Assembly: GCF_018350175.1 (NCBI RefSeq) | Contig: NC_058368.1 | Coordinates: 10,416,001-10,480,000, forward strand | Length of the DNA stretch: 64,000 nt | Direction: 5' to 3' | Source: Felis catus | Taxonomy: Eukaryota | Part shown: in pieces, positions 1 to 11,160 of the stretch | How the letters are laid out: the number at the start of each line of letters is the position of its first letter | Position numbering within the stretch: position 1 is the first letter of the stretch | Made by a program: the position numbers and the translations under genes | The notes under the pieces: model-generated | Seen by the model: only the letters and a program-made list of their open reading frames with translations | Database searches by the model: none | What the model was told of the DNA's origin: nothing

Positions 1-960
1 TGGGTGCCAACCTGGAAGGTCAGGTAGGGACCTGACCACAGAGGAGCTGTGTGTCCTGTTAAGGACCCAGACCTTTCTCAGTACCTCTCAGGATGCCCTC
101 TGGGCATTTGAGAAGTGTTTCTTAGAGATCCAAGACAGGGCAGCACACACAGGAGGAGCCCGCAGTCACTGTTACTGAAAGCACCCCCCGGGGGGAACAT
201 GACTGGTAGGGAGAGCCATTAGGCTCAACCCGTTGGGTCTGCGTTTAAAGCCGTCACTCTGGTGGTTGTGAGGAAGGCAGCTGAACAGACCCAAGACCGG
301 GGCAAGGAGCCTAATCTAAGGTCCTTGGACCCATCCAAGCTAACGTGGCCCGAAATGGGGGTGTAGACCGCTGCTGGTGCTTTGTCACAGGCAGTTTGGG
401 AAGTGCCGGGCCGGGGGTGAGGAGTGGAGCTGGGGGGAGTGGGGGAAGTAGGGGGTGACTTGAAGCCACACCCGGGGAGTTTGGGCGAAGGCCTCAGGAG
501 GCATCAGGACCAGTGCCCCGCTAGGTCTGGTGTGGAGGGACGGGGCTACCATCTGAGGTGGAGGATGGGATTGGCAGGTTTGCAGGGTGCAGATGACTTC
601 CGGTCGCTATAGATGAAGTCTCAGGTGGAGGTGTCAGCTGCCCGAGCCTGGATTTTGTTCGCTTTAAACTCAGGAGAAACCTTTGACCCGAAGGTGGTGG
701 ATTTGGAATCGGGAACGTACCCAGGTAGTAGCTGAAAGCCTGAAGGTGCTGCTTTCAGGGGAGCAGTGGGAGCCTGGGAAAAACCAGGATCTGGGGGCCT
801 GGCAGAGTGGGAGCAGTTTCTGGGGAGACAGAAGGAGTGCGTGAAACACAGAGAAGGTGCGTTGTCTGATGTCAGGGAACCTGAAGGAATAGCCTTTCAA
901 ACAGCGATCAATACTATCCTGTTCCCAAGACAGAGCTTGTAAGAGAGGGTCTCAAAACGT
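1..960 (-). mobile_element. Degenerate L2 LINE fragment
   Basis: Purine-rich stretches resembling antisense L2 (e.g. tttaaagccgtcactctggtggttgtg); boundaries approximate. Confidence 0.45.
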
Positions 961-1431
961 CCATTTCACTGGGTTCGTCTTGTGCGCCTGTCCTGCCTGC
1001 GCACTTACCTCGAGGGAGGCATCCACACCCAGAGTGCTTTGCTGTCGCAGACGCTGTTATTGTTATTCTTCATTGTGGTAAGGAAAAAAAAAATAACATA
1101 AAATTTGCCCGCGAATGTTTTTAAGTACTGTAAAGTACATTCACGTTGTGTAACCAACTTCCAGAACTTGTGTCTTTCCAACGGAAACTTCATACCCGTT
1201 AAACAACAATCGTACATTTCCTTTTCCCTCACCTCTTGGCAGCCACCTACTTCCGCTTTGTCTCTGTGAATCTGACTGCTCTATGTACCTCCTATAAGTG
1301 GCATCTTACAGTATTTGTTTTTTTTTTTGTTTTTTTTTGTTTTTTTTTACCGGCTTATTGTACTTAGTGTGGTAATGTTGTCAAGAGGTTCATCCATGTT
1401 GTAGCCTGTGACAGGGCCTCCTCCCTTTTAA

Positions 1432-1547
1432 GTTGCAGGCTCCACGCTCGGTGAGGAGCCCGACTTGGGGCTTGACCTCACGACGGTGAGATCACGAACT
1501 GAGCCAAAATCAGGAGTCAGGTGCTCGACCCACTGAGCCCCCCCCCC

Positions 1548-1601
<54 letters not shown>

Positions 1602-1606
1602 CCCCT
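1432..1606 (-). mobile_element. CAN-SINE head (tail absent) with poly-C expansion
   Basis: gcaggctccacgctc...gagcccgacttggggcttgacctcacgacggtgagatcacgaactgagcc...actgagccc(C-run)ggtgcccc. Confidence 0.85.
1538..1597. repeat. 60-nt poly-C/poly-G tract (single T at 1548)
   Basis: Read directly. Confidence 0.95.
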
Positions 1607-2074
1607 GCCTCCTTTGTAAGGCGGAATATTATTATTGTGACTTTGACAGCCTCTCCTCCGTGTCTTCTCTGGTAACCTTGGTCTACCATGACGGCTGTTT
1701 TCATCCACGGGCACTACTTTCTGGGGCGCTCTTTCGGTATTCCGCATGGGCTCCCCCGCAGTGCCCTTTCTCCTCTCGGGCATCTGTCCTGCCTTCAGAA
1801 TCTGGAGGAAGGCAAGACCTCTGTACCTCTTCTTGTCTCCCCCTGCGGCACCTAGCGAAATGCCACACACCGACAGTGTTAGGAACTGTTATTTTCACGG
1901 ATGCGTTTTTCTCAGCTTTTAAGGCTTAGAAAGCAGTTCCATTTCACGGAAGTATATACCTCTTCTAGCGCTTTAATTTATGCTTGTGTTTTCAGTTTGC
2001 TTATACTTAATTTTTATTGTCCTTTACGTGTACAGTTTGCAGTTTTAGACATGTTTAGTAGGTGCCTTCGATTG

Positions 2075-2088
2075 CCACTAGGTGGCAA
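2075..2088 (+). promoter_or_regulatory. Candidate CTCF site CCACTAGGTGGCAA
   Basis: Close match to CTCF core CCASYAGRKGGCR; motif only, no binding data. Confidence 0.55.
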
Positions 2089-3947
2089 TGTTGGTTTTAC
2101 GTTTAAAGACCCGTAATTAAGCAACATCATTAAGCAAACCCTTCTTTTCCAGCATTTAATTTCTGTGATAATAAATGGAGTCTAGACTAAAGCAATAAAG
2201 AAGCTTCCCTTTAGTTGTAAGGTAGTCTATTTTTCTTATTCTGAAACTCTTTCCTAGGATGGAAGTCAGCTACGAATACTGAGGTAGTTTTGACAAAACT
2301 TTTAACACTTGGATTTAGTTTGCTGCTAAGATCCAGCCTTTTCGTAGTTGAAACGGCCAGAAAGATTTTAGAGTCTGCAACTGGACCTGATACTGGTTCA
2401 TTTTTTCTCCTTATAGGGTTTTTTTGTTTTTTTTTTTTTATGCCATGCATGTGATTAAAAGCTGAATTTTAAAGATCCAAAGACTTGTTGACAGCTAACA
2501 TAGGGTCTACAGACAATACTTGGGGCAGTGGCGAGCTTGCCTGATCTAGAACTACACGAACACCGAGCAATAAGGTTAAATTCAGAGAATTAAATGTTGA
2601 GATGCACAAAACACGGTGGGTGGGGCAAAGCCCCTTTAAGAGGCAGGTATGGGTCCCTGCTTAAAATTGAGCTGGGACTTGTTCTTCGAAATTGACATGT
2701 TCTTGAGTAAGAATTGACAGCTAATTCATCAGCCATGGAAGGGGAGAAAAGGAGAGTCTAAGGCAGAGGTCGTCAGGACCTCCCCAGCACTGTGATGGGG
2801 AGCTTGCTCGCTCCTTCGTGGAGGGGTCAGTCCCACGGTTTGGCAGGCGTGCGCCGTACCTCTAACTGAACAGCATGTCTGGGGCCCTCGTATCACTTGG
2901 GATCTGGACCGTGCAGTGTTCAGGTTCCCCAGAGATTTGCCCACCATGAGCATTCACAAAAGTTGCTTGCCGAGGGAGGGATCAACAGTAAGTTTTATCA
3001 TTTGAATATTTATCTGATAGCCCAAAATATCTATTCCTCCCACACTACCAGATGTCTAGAACTGCTGTTTATTCATTACTCTTGTCAGGTTGCACTTGAC
3101 TACAAAATCTGCCAAAAATTAAGGTGCAAAAATTTAATGGTTTCTGTGATTATGCATCTGCTTCTAGCTGTTCTCTTTGCTTTGGCAAGTCATTACCTGC
3201 CCCTGTTTTGCCTCAAGGGGCTAAAATGAGGTCTTATTAAAAACACAAACATTTTTCATTCATCTAAATGTGAATATAAAACCAGGAGCCTAAACTGACT
3301 TTCCGTCTGAAACTTAGTGCTGTACCGGGGGTTGCGGCTAAAATAATTCGAGTCGTCGTGGGTTATCATTCCCGTCTCCAGTGTTGACGCTTACGATGCA
3401 GCTTATCATGGCTCTGTGCTTTATAGTTATGTGTTTCTCCTAATCGCTGAGACTGCAGACTTCACCAAGTGCTCGTCTCTGAGCAGAGTGCCGTTCTTGA
3501 TTGCCGTGGAGTGAAGGGTTCGAAAAGGTACGCTAGCTCTTTGCGGCACTTACGAGGTCGGTGGTACCTGTTTCGTGGTAGAAACGACTGTATCATTAAG
3601 TAGGTAAGAGAAGTCCAAGATAAGCGTTTAAAAATATCTGACAACTGTTAATTGGACATCTGTGGTTGTATTGGGTACTTATGAATGTAACAGGACACCT
3701 CTAGACAATACGCAGGGCCCTTTAGAACGATGGTGCCCGTTTGAGGCCATCAAAGCCGTAGAGCAGTATGTAAAAAGCACACGTTAATATAGTTTTCCTT
3801 GTACACGTGAAGCCTGAGAGGACAAAGATGGAAGGTGTGTCAACTCATGTGAGAGTGAAGGGGAAAGTGAGCCGGAGGGATGTCAGTTCAGAGCATGGAA
3901 GCTGGAACTGGAAGACAAAGACAACTTGTCAGGAAGGCTTACTTTTA

Positions 3948-3974
3948 GTATTATTATTTTTAAAGTGTATTTAT

Positions 3975-4013
<39 letters not shown>

Positions 4014-4181
4014 AAAGCAGGAGTGGGGGAGGGGCAGAGAGAGAGGGAGAAAGAGAGACTCTGAAGCAGGCTCCTCACTGTCAGCGCAGAGCCCGATGTG
4101 AGGCTCCCTCCCCCCGCACCACGAGATCATGACCTGAGCCAACGTTGGACTCTTTACCCACTGAGCCTCGGCTGGCGCCCC
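3948..4181 (-). mobile_element. CAN-SINE (SINEC)
   Basis: (GA)n tract plus tRNA-derived head; 17-bp TSD AGGAAGGCTTACTTTTA at 3931-3947 and 4182-4198. Confidence 0.95.
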
Positions 4182-4533
4182 AGGAAGGCTTACTTTTAAG
4201 ACGCCAGGTGGCAGCTGGGATTTTTGGAGCAGTTTAGGTGATGCGTAAAGATGTCTTCACAGGGAGATGTGTAGCGAGATTGGAAATAAAGTCAGTGAGA
4301 TGGGGGATGTGGTTGAATAGGGGGTTCCTAAATGCAGACCTGGAGATATGAGGGTACAGACTTTGAAGAAGTGCTATTTTCTTTCCTTAGATTTTTTTTT
4401 CCTCCCTGCATTACAGATGGAAGGATAATGTGAAGTTACCCAAAGATTGGCTCTTTAAAGAGGTGCACAGTCAAAAAGCCACGTGAAGGGGAGGCTGACA
4501 GAAACCCATACGGAGAGTCTGTGCAACAGTCTG

Positions 4534-4576
4534 TTAATCAGGAAGTTAATTAATCAGGAAATCTCTTAATCAGGAA
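4534..4576. repeat. Three TTAATCAGGAA copies at a 16-bp period
   Basis: Copies start at 4534, 4550 and 4566. Confidence 0.9.
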
Positions 4577-4707
4577 ACGAAACCAGTATTTCCTGTTAAA
4601 TGCCTACTATGTGCATAGCATCTGTGTTGTGTGTGTGTTATGATTTGACTTCTGTTTTTTGAACCTAAGAAACTTCCTTTTTGAATGAACATTTGTGTGA
4701 AAATACT

Positions 4708-4763
4708 TGTGTGTGTGTGTGTGCGCACGCGCGCGCACACACACACACACATACACACACACA
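4708..4763. repeat. Compound (TG)8-(CG)n-(CA)n inverted microsatellite
   Basis: Read directly; 19-bp perfect inverted arms at 4708-4726 and 4733-4751. Confidence 0.95.
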
Positions 4764-5634
4764 TTTGTTACTTGAAGTGGGAACATATCCTAGCCTCTGA
4801 TGAAGACACTCTGGGAGTATCTTGTGTTTATGTTTTGGTGGAGAGGCGGTCCTCTGAAAGTCGTCTTTTCCCTTCTGGGACCTGGGACCCAGGAAACCCA
4901 GGGGATCCTGGACCATGATCATTTTTACAGTAGCTTCAGAGGCCTTAGGTGTTAACACTTGCCTAAAGTTACAGAAACCAGTATTGTTCTCCAAAGGAAT
5001 TTTCAAAATAAGATTAGATTGGAAACAATAAAGGACAGAATACAAAGCATCATCATGGCATTTTTAGTAGGTTCTAGTAAAACCAAGATTCAGACACTGC
5101 TTTGAAGACTGTCAAGTGTGAGCTCAGCCACACATAGCACAGGACAAGGGTCATGCTTGGTTGGGGAACCATTTTGAGTGGGGAGTGGGGAAGTCAGCCC
5201 CTGTAGGGGTGAGTGCAGGAGACAGGGGAGTCCCGAGTTCTTGCTGAGACAAATATGGGCAGAAGTACAGATACATTATTTTTCTGTTTTTAAGGCAACC
5301 TGCAAATACAGAAAAGAAAGTTCAGAGGTAGGACACGCTTATGAGTTTTTTCTGGGGGTGGGGTGGGGGAATGTTGAAGCTGTATACGTTACATTTGGCA
5401 GATGCTGGGTTATATTTTCTGCTTTGGGACAAATGGAGCCGAAGCAGCTGCTTAGAAACCTCTCTGCTCTCCCCACCCCCAACTAAATAGCTTTCGAAAA
5501 GAACAGACCCTTCTAATTTTATTGCCTTCTTTTACCGTACAAACTTTATTTAAAACCTGGATGAATCTCAACCTGAATGAATACATGATATCTTTTCCTT
5601 GTTCGTGGAAAGTTTTGTAAGTCACTATTTTCTT

Positions 5635-6097
5635 TTTTTTTTTTTTTAATAATTTAAAAAAAAATTTTTTTTTCAACGTTTATTTATTTTTGGGACAGAG
5701 AGAGACAGAGCATGAACGGGGGAGGGGCAGAGAGAGAGGGAGACACAGAATCGGAAACAGGCTCCAGGCTCCGAGCCATCAGCCCAGAGCCTGATGCGGG
5801 GCTCGAACTCACGGACCGCGAGATCGTGACCTGGCTGAAGTCGGACGCTCAACCGACTGCGCCACCCAGGCGCCCCTTAATAATTTTTTTAATGTTTATT
5901 TATTTCCGAAGGAGAGAGAGACAGAGCGTGAGTGGAGGAGGGGCAGAGAGAGACAGACAGACAGACAGAATCTGAAGCAGGCTCCAGGCTCTGCGCTGTC
6001 AGCACAGAGCCTGACGCGGGGCTCGAACCCACAAACCGTGAGATCATGACCTGAGCCGAAGTTGTACGCTCAACTGACTGAGCCACCCAGGTGCCCC
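5635..6097 (-). mobile_element. CAN-SINE (host element) with a younger SINE inserted in its tail
   Basis: Body 5887-6097; TSD tgtaagtcactattttctt (5616-5634) / tgtaggtcactatcttctt (6098-6116). Confidence 0.9.
5656..5876 (-). mobile_element. Young SINEC_Fc-type SINE
   Basis: CpG-rich, near-identical to the copy at 25178-25403; TSD TTAATAATTT at 5646-5655 and 5877-5886. Confidence 0.95.
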
Positions 6098-9000
6098 TGT
6101 AGGTCACTATCTTCTTGAGGAGAGTTAGTCTCTTTGGTTCATTAGTTTAGAAAAACCTCATTTCCGTGAGGTAAGGCAGGAAAGCCAGAGCAAAACCTCT
6201 CATAGATCAGTGTGAGGAAGTTTGAGTACAACGGTTTTGCGTTTCCTGCTTTTAGAAATGTTTTTATTGCCCAGGAGACAGCATGAGGTCCTTCATTGAA
6301 AGGCTAGCTTTGGGAGTGTCACTGGCTACCACTAAAGTTCTCTTTTGAGGAGAGAGCGGTTGGATGCTTAATTACCTACTAAAGGTTCATTTCTTGTACT
6401 AACTGATAGGTGGTAAGACATCACATTAATTATTAAACCGGAGACTCCATGACGTTGCTGTCGAGTAAGAATTTATTCATCCATTCATTTACTGAATCCT
6501 CATTGAAAACTTACTTTAAGCCGGGACCTGGGCAAGACGCCCCAGGAGAAAATAGGACAGTGAGACTCACATTGCCTCAGGGGCAGTTCCTGAGCAGCCA
6601 TGAATTCATCGCACTGTGGAGGAGGCCATGTTGGGAGCATCTGTCTCCTTTTGGCTGCGTAGCATCTGAACCCCTTCCCTGTCTTGGAGAACACTGTCCC
6701 GTGTGTATCCGGTGGGAGCTGGGGGCTTGGCCCAGCAAGAACATCAGAGGCCAGATGCTGGGTCTCCCCAGCTCAGGGGAGGGCAGCCCGTGATGGAGTG
6801 TGGCCAGTCAGATGTGGCCATGCGGGACTGAGTCTGGAGCCAGGGGCCCACAGTCGGTGAGCTTTAGAGCTCGCTGACTTGGTAGTGACGTTGGTACACA
6901 GTGGCTAGAGCTGTACGGTGGGGACCAAGTTGAGGGCCAGCACCTGCAAGTGTGCAGAGAAGGTAAGTGCTGCTTGGGGACGGGGTGCTAGAGGGGGGCG
7001 ATGCCGAGCAGGGTGGCCTCTTGTGGGTGAGTCGGTGTAGACGGCAGGCCTGTGCCCCCCCCTCCCCCCACCTCCCGGAGGCTCATTCTAGTAGGGGAGA
7101 CGCTGCATGTGGCCCTGTGAAACAGCCACGGTACCACACTCCCAGAACACCAGCAAGGAGGCCCCCAGCCCTGCCTGGAAATGTCAGCGAAGGCTTTGTT
7201 GTCGAGGCATTTGAACTGAGCCTCGAACAAACAGTGAAGAGTTTTGCTAGACTCCTGCCTGCAGCAACGGGGGGGACCCCCGTTGAGGGCAGCCGGTAAT
7301 CGTGGGTCTCACCGGGTATCCGGGAAAGAGGGAATAAAACGAAAAGGGAGCCCCTCTGGGAGCTAACACGTGAGTTAGGTGGGGTTGCAGGGACTGGTGA
7401 GATCTCCGATGCGTGGGGCCGGGCTCTGGGTCCCGGATGGAGACAAGAGTTGGGCAGCGCAGCAGTGAGCACAGCCAACTTTCCCTGAGCGCACTCTCTC
7501 TCTCTCAAAATAAATAAATAAACTTAAAGAAAAAGAACAGTGCTTGGCACATAGTAGTTGTGCAACAAATATTGTAAAGTCAATGCTTATATTAATCACC
7601 ATCACGTGCACAGCACGTGCCAAATGTGTGGCATGTATTAACTTCCTTGGTACCCAGGACCGTGGCTGTCCCCACACGAACGATGAGATAACAGAGTCAC
7701 AGACAGGGCAAGCAAGTTGCTCCAGGTTGCACGTCTCAGAGGAGCCAGAGCAAGAACTCTGATGCAAGTACCTTGGCTCTAGAAATCAGGTCCTTAAATA
7801 CTCAGCTGTACTGCCTTTCGTGAATGAATGATTAGTTAACACAGATTTATTTGAGCTATAAAAATGCATTTAGTAATGTATTTCAAAGTAAAGAGTTAAT
7901 CAAAATAAATTTTATAAATAACGAGGTAATATTTTTCTCTTGTGAGGAGAAGATAGCGATTAAGACAGGTACCTGGAAAAAAATATATATGTTTTTTAAA
8001 TATAGGCTCAGGTTCCTGGAAGACACGTTATTACAGCATCACATATAATCTACTGGTTCATAAATGAATACCGGATTTTTAAAGACTAGTAAATCTGTCT
8101 GATATGTGTTCCAACCAGCATATCATACACCTTTATCAGCATCCTATAAGATATACCTCCTTCTCATAACAATAAACAGATGTTAATTTTCATCATAATT
8201 CATGTGTTTGTCTAAAAGCTCAGTTCAGTGCCTAAGGGCTATATAATAGTTGGAATTTGGAAGTGCGGTTGAACTGGAATCAGTCTTAAAACAGGATTCA
8301 GTCTTTCAGAACGATTGCCTAATACTGAACAAAAGCCTTGGCTTTTGCTTTCAAATTTAGTACTTGGTCTGAATGTTGAGACCGAATTGGACCATGAACT
8401 CCTGTTCTGCTAGGTTTATACTCTGAATTAAGGTAGGGGCAAGTTACAAATATTGGGAAACAGTCCGTAGAGAAGGGAAAAGGCTGGTGGCATGAACTTA
8501 AATTTGTTGAATTCTTTCCAGACACAGGCTCGAAGAGTAAAGTGATTCAAAACCAACTTCGCCTAGTGAAGTTATTTATGATAAAGTATTGAGCTGTTTT
8601 CGTCCATGTTTAAATGTTGGTTCTTTCATACTATTCGTGTTTCTAGACATAAATTTTCGTGATTTTGCTTCCATATCAAGAATGAAGGGCCGTCTCCATT
8701 CGCAGAGCACTGTCAGGGTGCTCAGCTGCGGAATCGAACCCCTTTGCCAAACGAAGGCAATGGGTTTGTGTCAGAGCCAGGGAACGAATGGGAGCGTTGG
8801 TTTTGAAGGTGTTTGTTTGCTCTTCTTAAATGTTAGGGGCCTTAAGTGCGAACATATGCCTTGATCCAAAACGCGTTCAAAGGAAGCACTGACGGCATGT
8901 CCAGTGGGCTTTCTGACCTGAAAGCACTTGTTAGGGGACCGGTAGATGCTGGAAGCAATGGCAGACGGGTTCAATGACATGAGTAGAGTTGATATAAGCA

Positions 9001-9115
9001 GTTTAGGTGAACTGTGGTCAGTCTTTTCATTTTCTTTCCCTTTTCTGTCATTTGCCCACAGTAGGCCCTGTTTGTAGCCCGTTTATGCCTGCCTCTCTTA
9101 CGGCATTATCTCATT

Positions 9116-9232
9116 TTTTTTTTTTTTAATTAAAGAGGTTATTTTTAAGCTCTACACCCAACGTGGGGCTTGAACCTACAGCCCTGAGATCAAGAGTCGC
9201 ACGCTCCACTGACTGAGCCAGCCAGGCACCCC
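9116..9232 (-). mobile_element. Short CAN-SINE lacking the CT tract
   Basis: tRNA-like head plus poly-T; TSD CATTATCTCATT at 9104-9115 and 9234-9245. Confidence 0.9.
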
Positions 9233-9718
9233 TCATTATCTCATTATTGACACAATTTTGCCTTACCTTTTAGGTTTGAAATAGTAGCATTGTTTGGTGA
9301 ATAGGCATCATTTAGGTTGACGGCAGGCAGTGCTGCACGCATGGGCATCTTTTCTGTAGCTTTTATTCCAAATGGCTCTGCTGATGCAGCATTTTCTTAT
9401 TTTCTTTCCCCTTGATATTTCACTTGAAAACTCTCTTAGTCATCCACCCAGTTACATATTAAAAAAACTTGCATTGCGTACAAAAGTGCCGTAAGCTGGT
9501 GATACGGCACCTGTAAGGAGGTCTAAATCTGGTGGTGGTGTTATTTGTAACAGACAAATGGAGCATAAATTATTACAATTCCAAGTAATCAAAACTGAGA
9601 GAAGATCATTTGGTGGAAAATTTTATTGTGACCTTTTAAATTATTTTTTCTTAAAAAAATTATTTTTTCTTAGTGCTAACACATGTGAACATGTGTGCAT
9701 CCGTATTCACACACAGGA

Positions 9719-9724
<6 letters not shown>

Positions 9725-9764
<40 letters not shown>
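9725..9764. repeat. (TA)20 microsatellite in a TA/CA compound tract
   Basis: Read directly. Confidence 0.95.
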
Positions 9765-9774
<10 letters not shown>

Positions 9775-9933
9775 TATGCATGTACATTGTATATAAATAC
9801 ACACGTATACACATATGTGTGTGTATAAAAAACAAGAATAAAAGCTCTTGGGCCTTTTGGGGGGTTAAGTGGATGAAGATTTATTTATAATTGAAATGGC
9901 CTTGGGTTAATTGAGAGGTAAGACCAGGTTTCT

Positions 9934-11160
9934 TTTTTTTAATATAATTTATTGACAAATTGGTTTCCATACAACACCCAGTGCTCATTCCAACAAGTGC
10001 CCTCCTCAATGCCCATCACCTACTTTCCCCTTCCCCACCCCCCATCAACCCTCAGTTTGTTCTCAGTATCCAAGAGTCTCTTATGGTTTGCCTCCCTTCG
10101 TCTCTGTAACTTTTTTCTCCCTTCCCTTCCCCGATGGTCTTCTGTTAAGTTTCTCAAGATCCACCTATGAGTGAAAATATATGGTATCTGTCTTTCTCTG
10201 TATGACTTATTTCATTTAGCATAATACCCTCCAGTTCCATCCACGTTGCTGCAAATGGCCAGATTTCATTCTTTCTCATTGCCAAGTAGTATTCCATTGT
10301 GTATATAAACCACAATCTCTTTATCCATTTCGTCAGTTGGCGGACATTTAGGCTCTTTCCATAATTTGGCTATTGTTGAGAGTGCTGCTATAAACATTGG
10401 GATACATGTGCCCCTATGCATCAGCACTCCTGTATCCCTTGGGTAAATTCCTAGCAGTGCTACTTCTGGGTCATAGGGTAGGTCTATTTTTAATTTTTTG
10501 AGGAGCCTCCACACTGTTTTCCAGAGCAGCTGCACCGGTTTGCATTCCCACCAACAGTGCAAGAGGGTTCCCATTTCTCCACATCCTCTGCAGCATCTGT
10601 AGTCTCCTGATTTGTTCGTTTTGGCCACTCTGACTGGCGTGAGGTGATATCTGTGTGGTTTTGATTTGTATTTCCCTGATGAGGAGTGACATTGAGCATC
10701 TTTTCATGTGCCTGTTGGCCATCTGGATGTCTTTTTTGGAAAAGTGTCTGTTCACGTCTTCTGCCCATTTCTTCACTGGATTATTTGTTTTTTTGGGTGT
10801 GGAGTTTGGTGAGTTCTTTATAGATTTTGGATACTAGCCCTTTGTCCGATATGTCATTTGCAAACATCTTTTCCCATTCTGTTGGTGGTTTTTTAGTTTT
10901 GTTGATTGTTTCCTTTGCAGTGCAGAAGCTTTTTATCTTCATGAGGTCCCAATAGTTCATTTTTGCTTTTAATTCCCTTGCCTTTGGAGATGTGTCAAGT
11001 AAGAAATTGCTGCGGCTGAGGTCAAAGAAGTTGTTGCCGGCTTTCTCCTCTAGGGTTTTGATGGTTTCCTGTCTCACATTCAGGTCCTTCATCCATTTTG
11101 AGTTTATTTTTGTGAGTGGTGTGAGAAAGTGGTCTAGTTTCATCCTTCTGCATGTGGCTG
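9934..11160 (-). mobile_element. 5'-truncated felid L1 (ORF2 C-terminus plus 3' UTR), frameshifted
   Basis: ORF2p fragments [23 protein letters not shown]..., [10 protein letters not shown]..., [11 protein letters not shown] in different frames; 13-bp TSD AGACCAGGTTTCT at 9921-9933 and 11161-11173. Confidence 0.96.

Larger units (their letters stand above)
1065..1640 (-). mobile_element. Old L1 (L1MB-like) 3' fragment, interrupted by a SINE
   Basis: aacataaaatttgcc...gtacattcacgttgtgtaacc...ggcttattgtacttagtg...ggttcatccatgttgtagc, typical antisense L1M 3' end. Confidence 0.7.

Noticed and set aside
1510..1870. Poly-glycine ORFs
   Set aside because: Translations of the poly-C tract
4534..4576. 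CRISPR-like repeat-spacer array
   Set aside because: 11-bp repeats with 5-bp spacers in mammalian DNA, no cas genes
5712..6107. Recurrent ORFs such as MNGGGAEREGDTESETGSRL and MAQSVKR (also near 25169, 28853, 32726, 56973)
   Set aside because: Translations of CAN-SINE consensus, not a gene family
7490..7540. Poly(A) end of a processed pseudogene
   Set aside because: Matches a CAN-SINE CT/A-tail fragment; no upstream spliced ORF or TSD found
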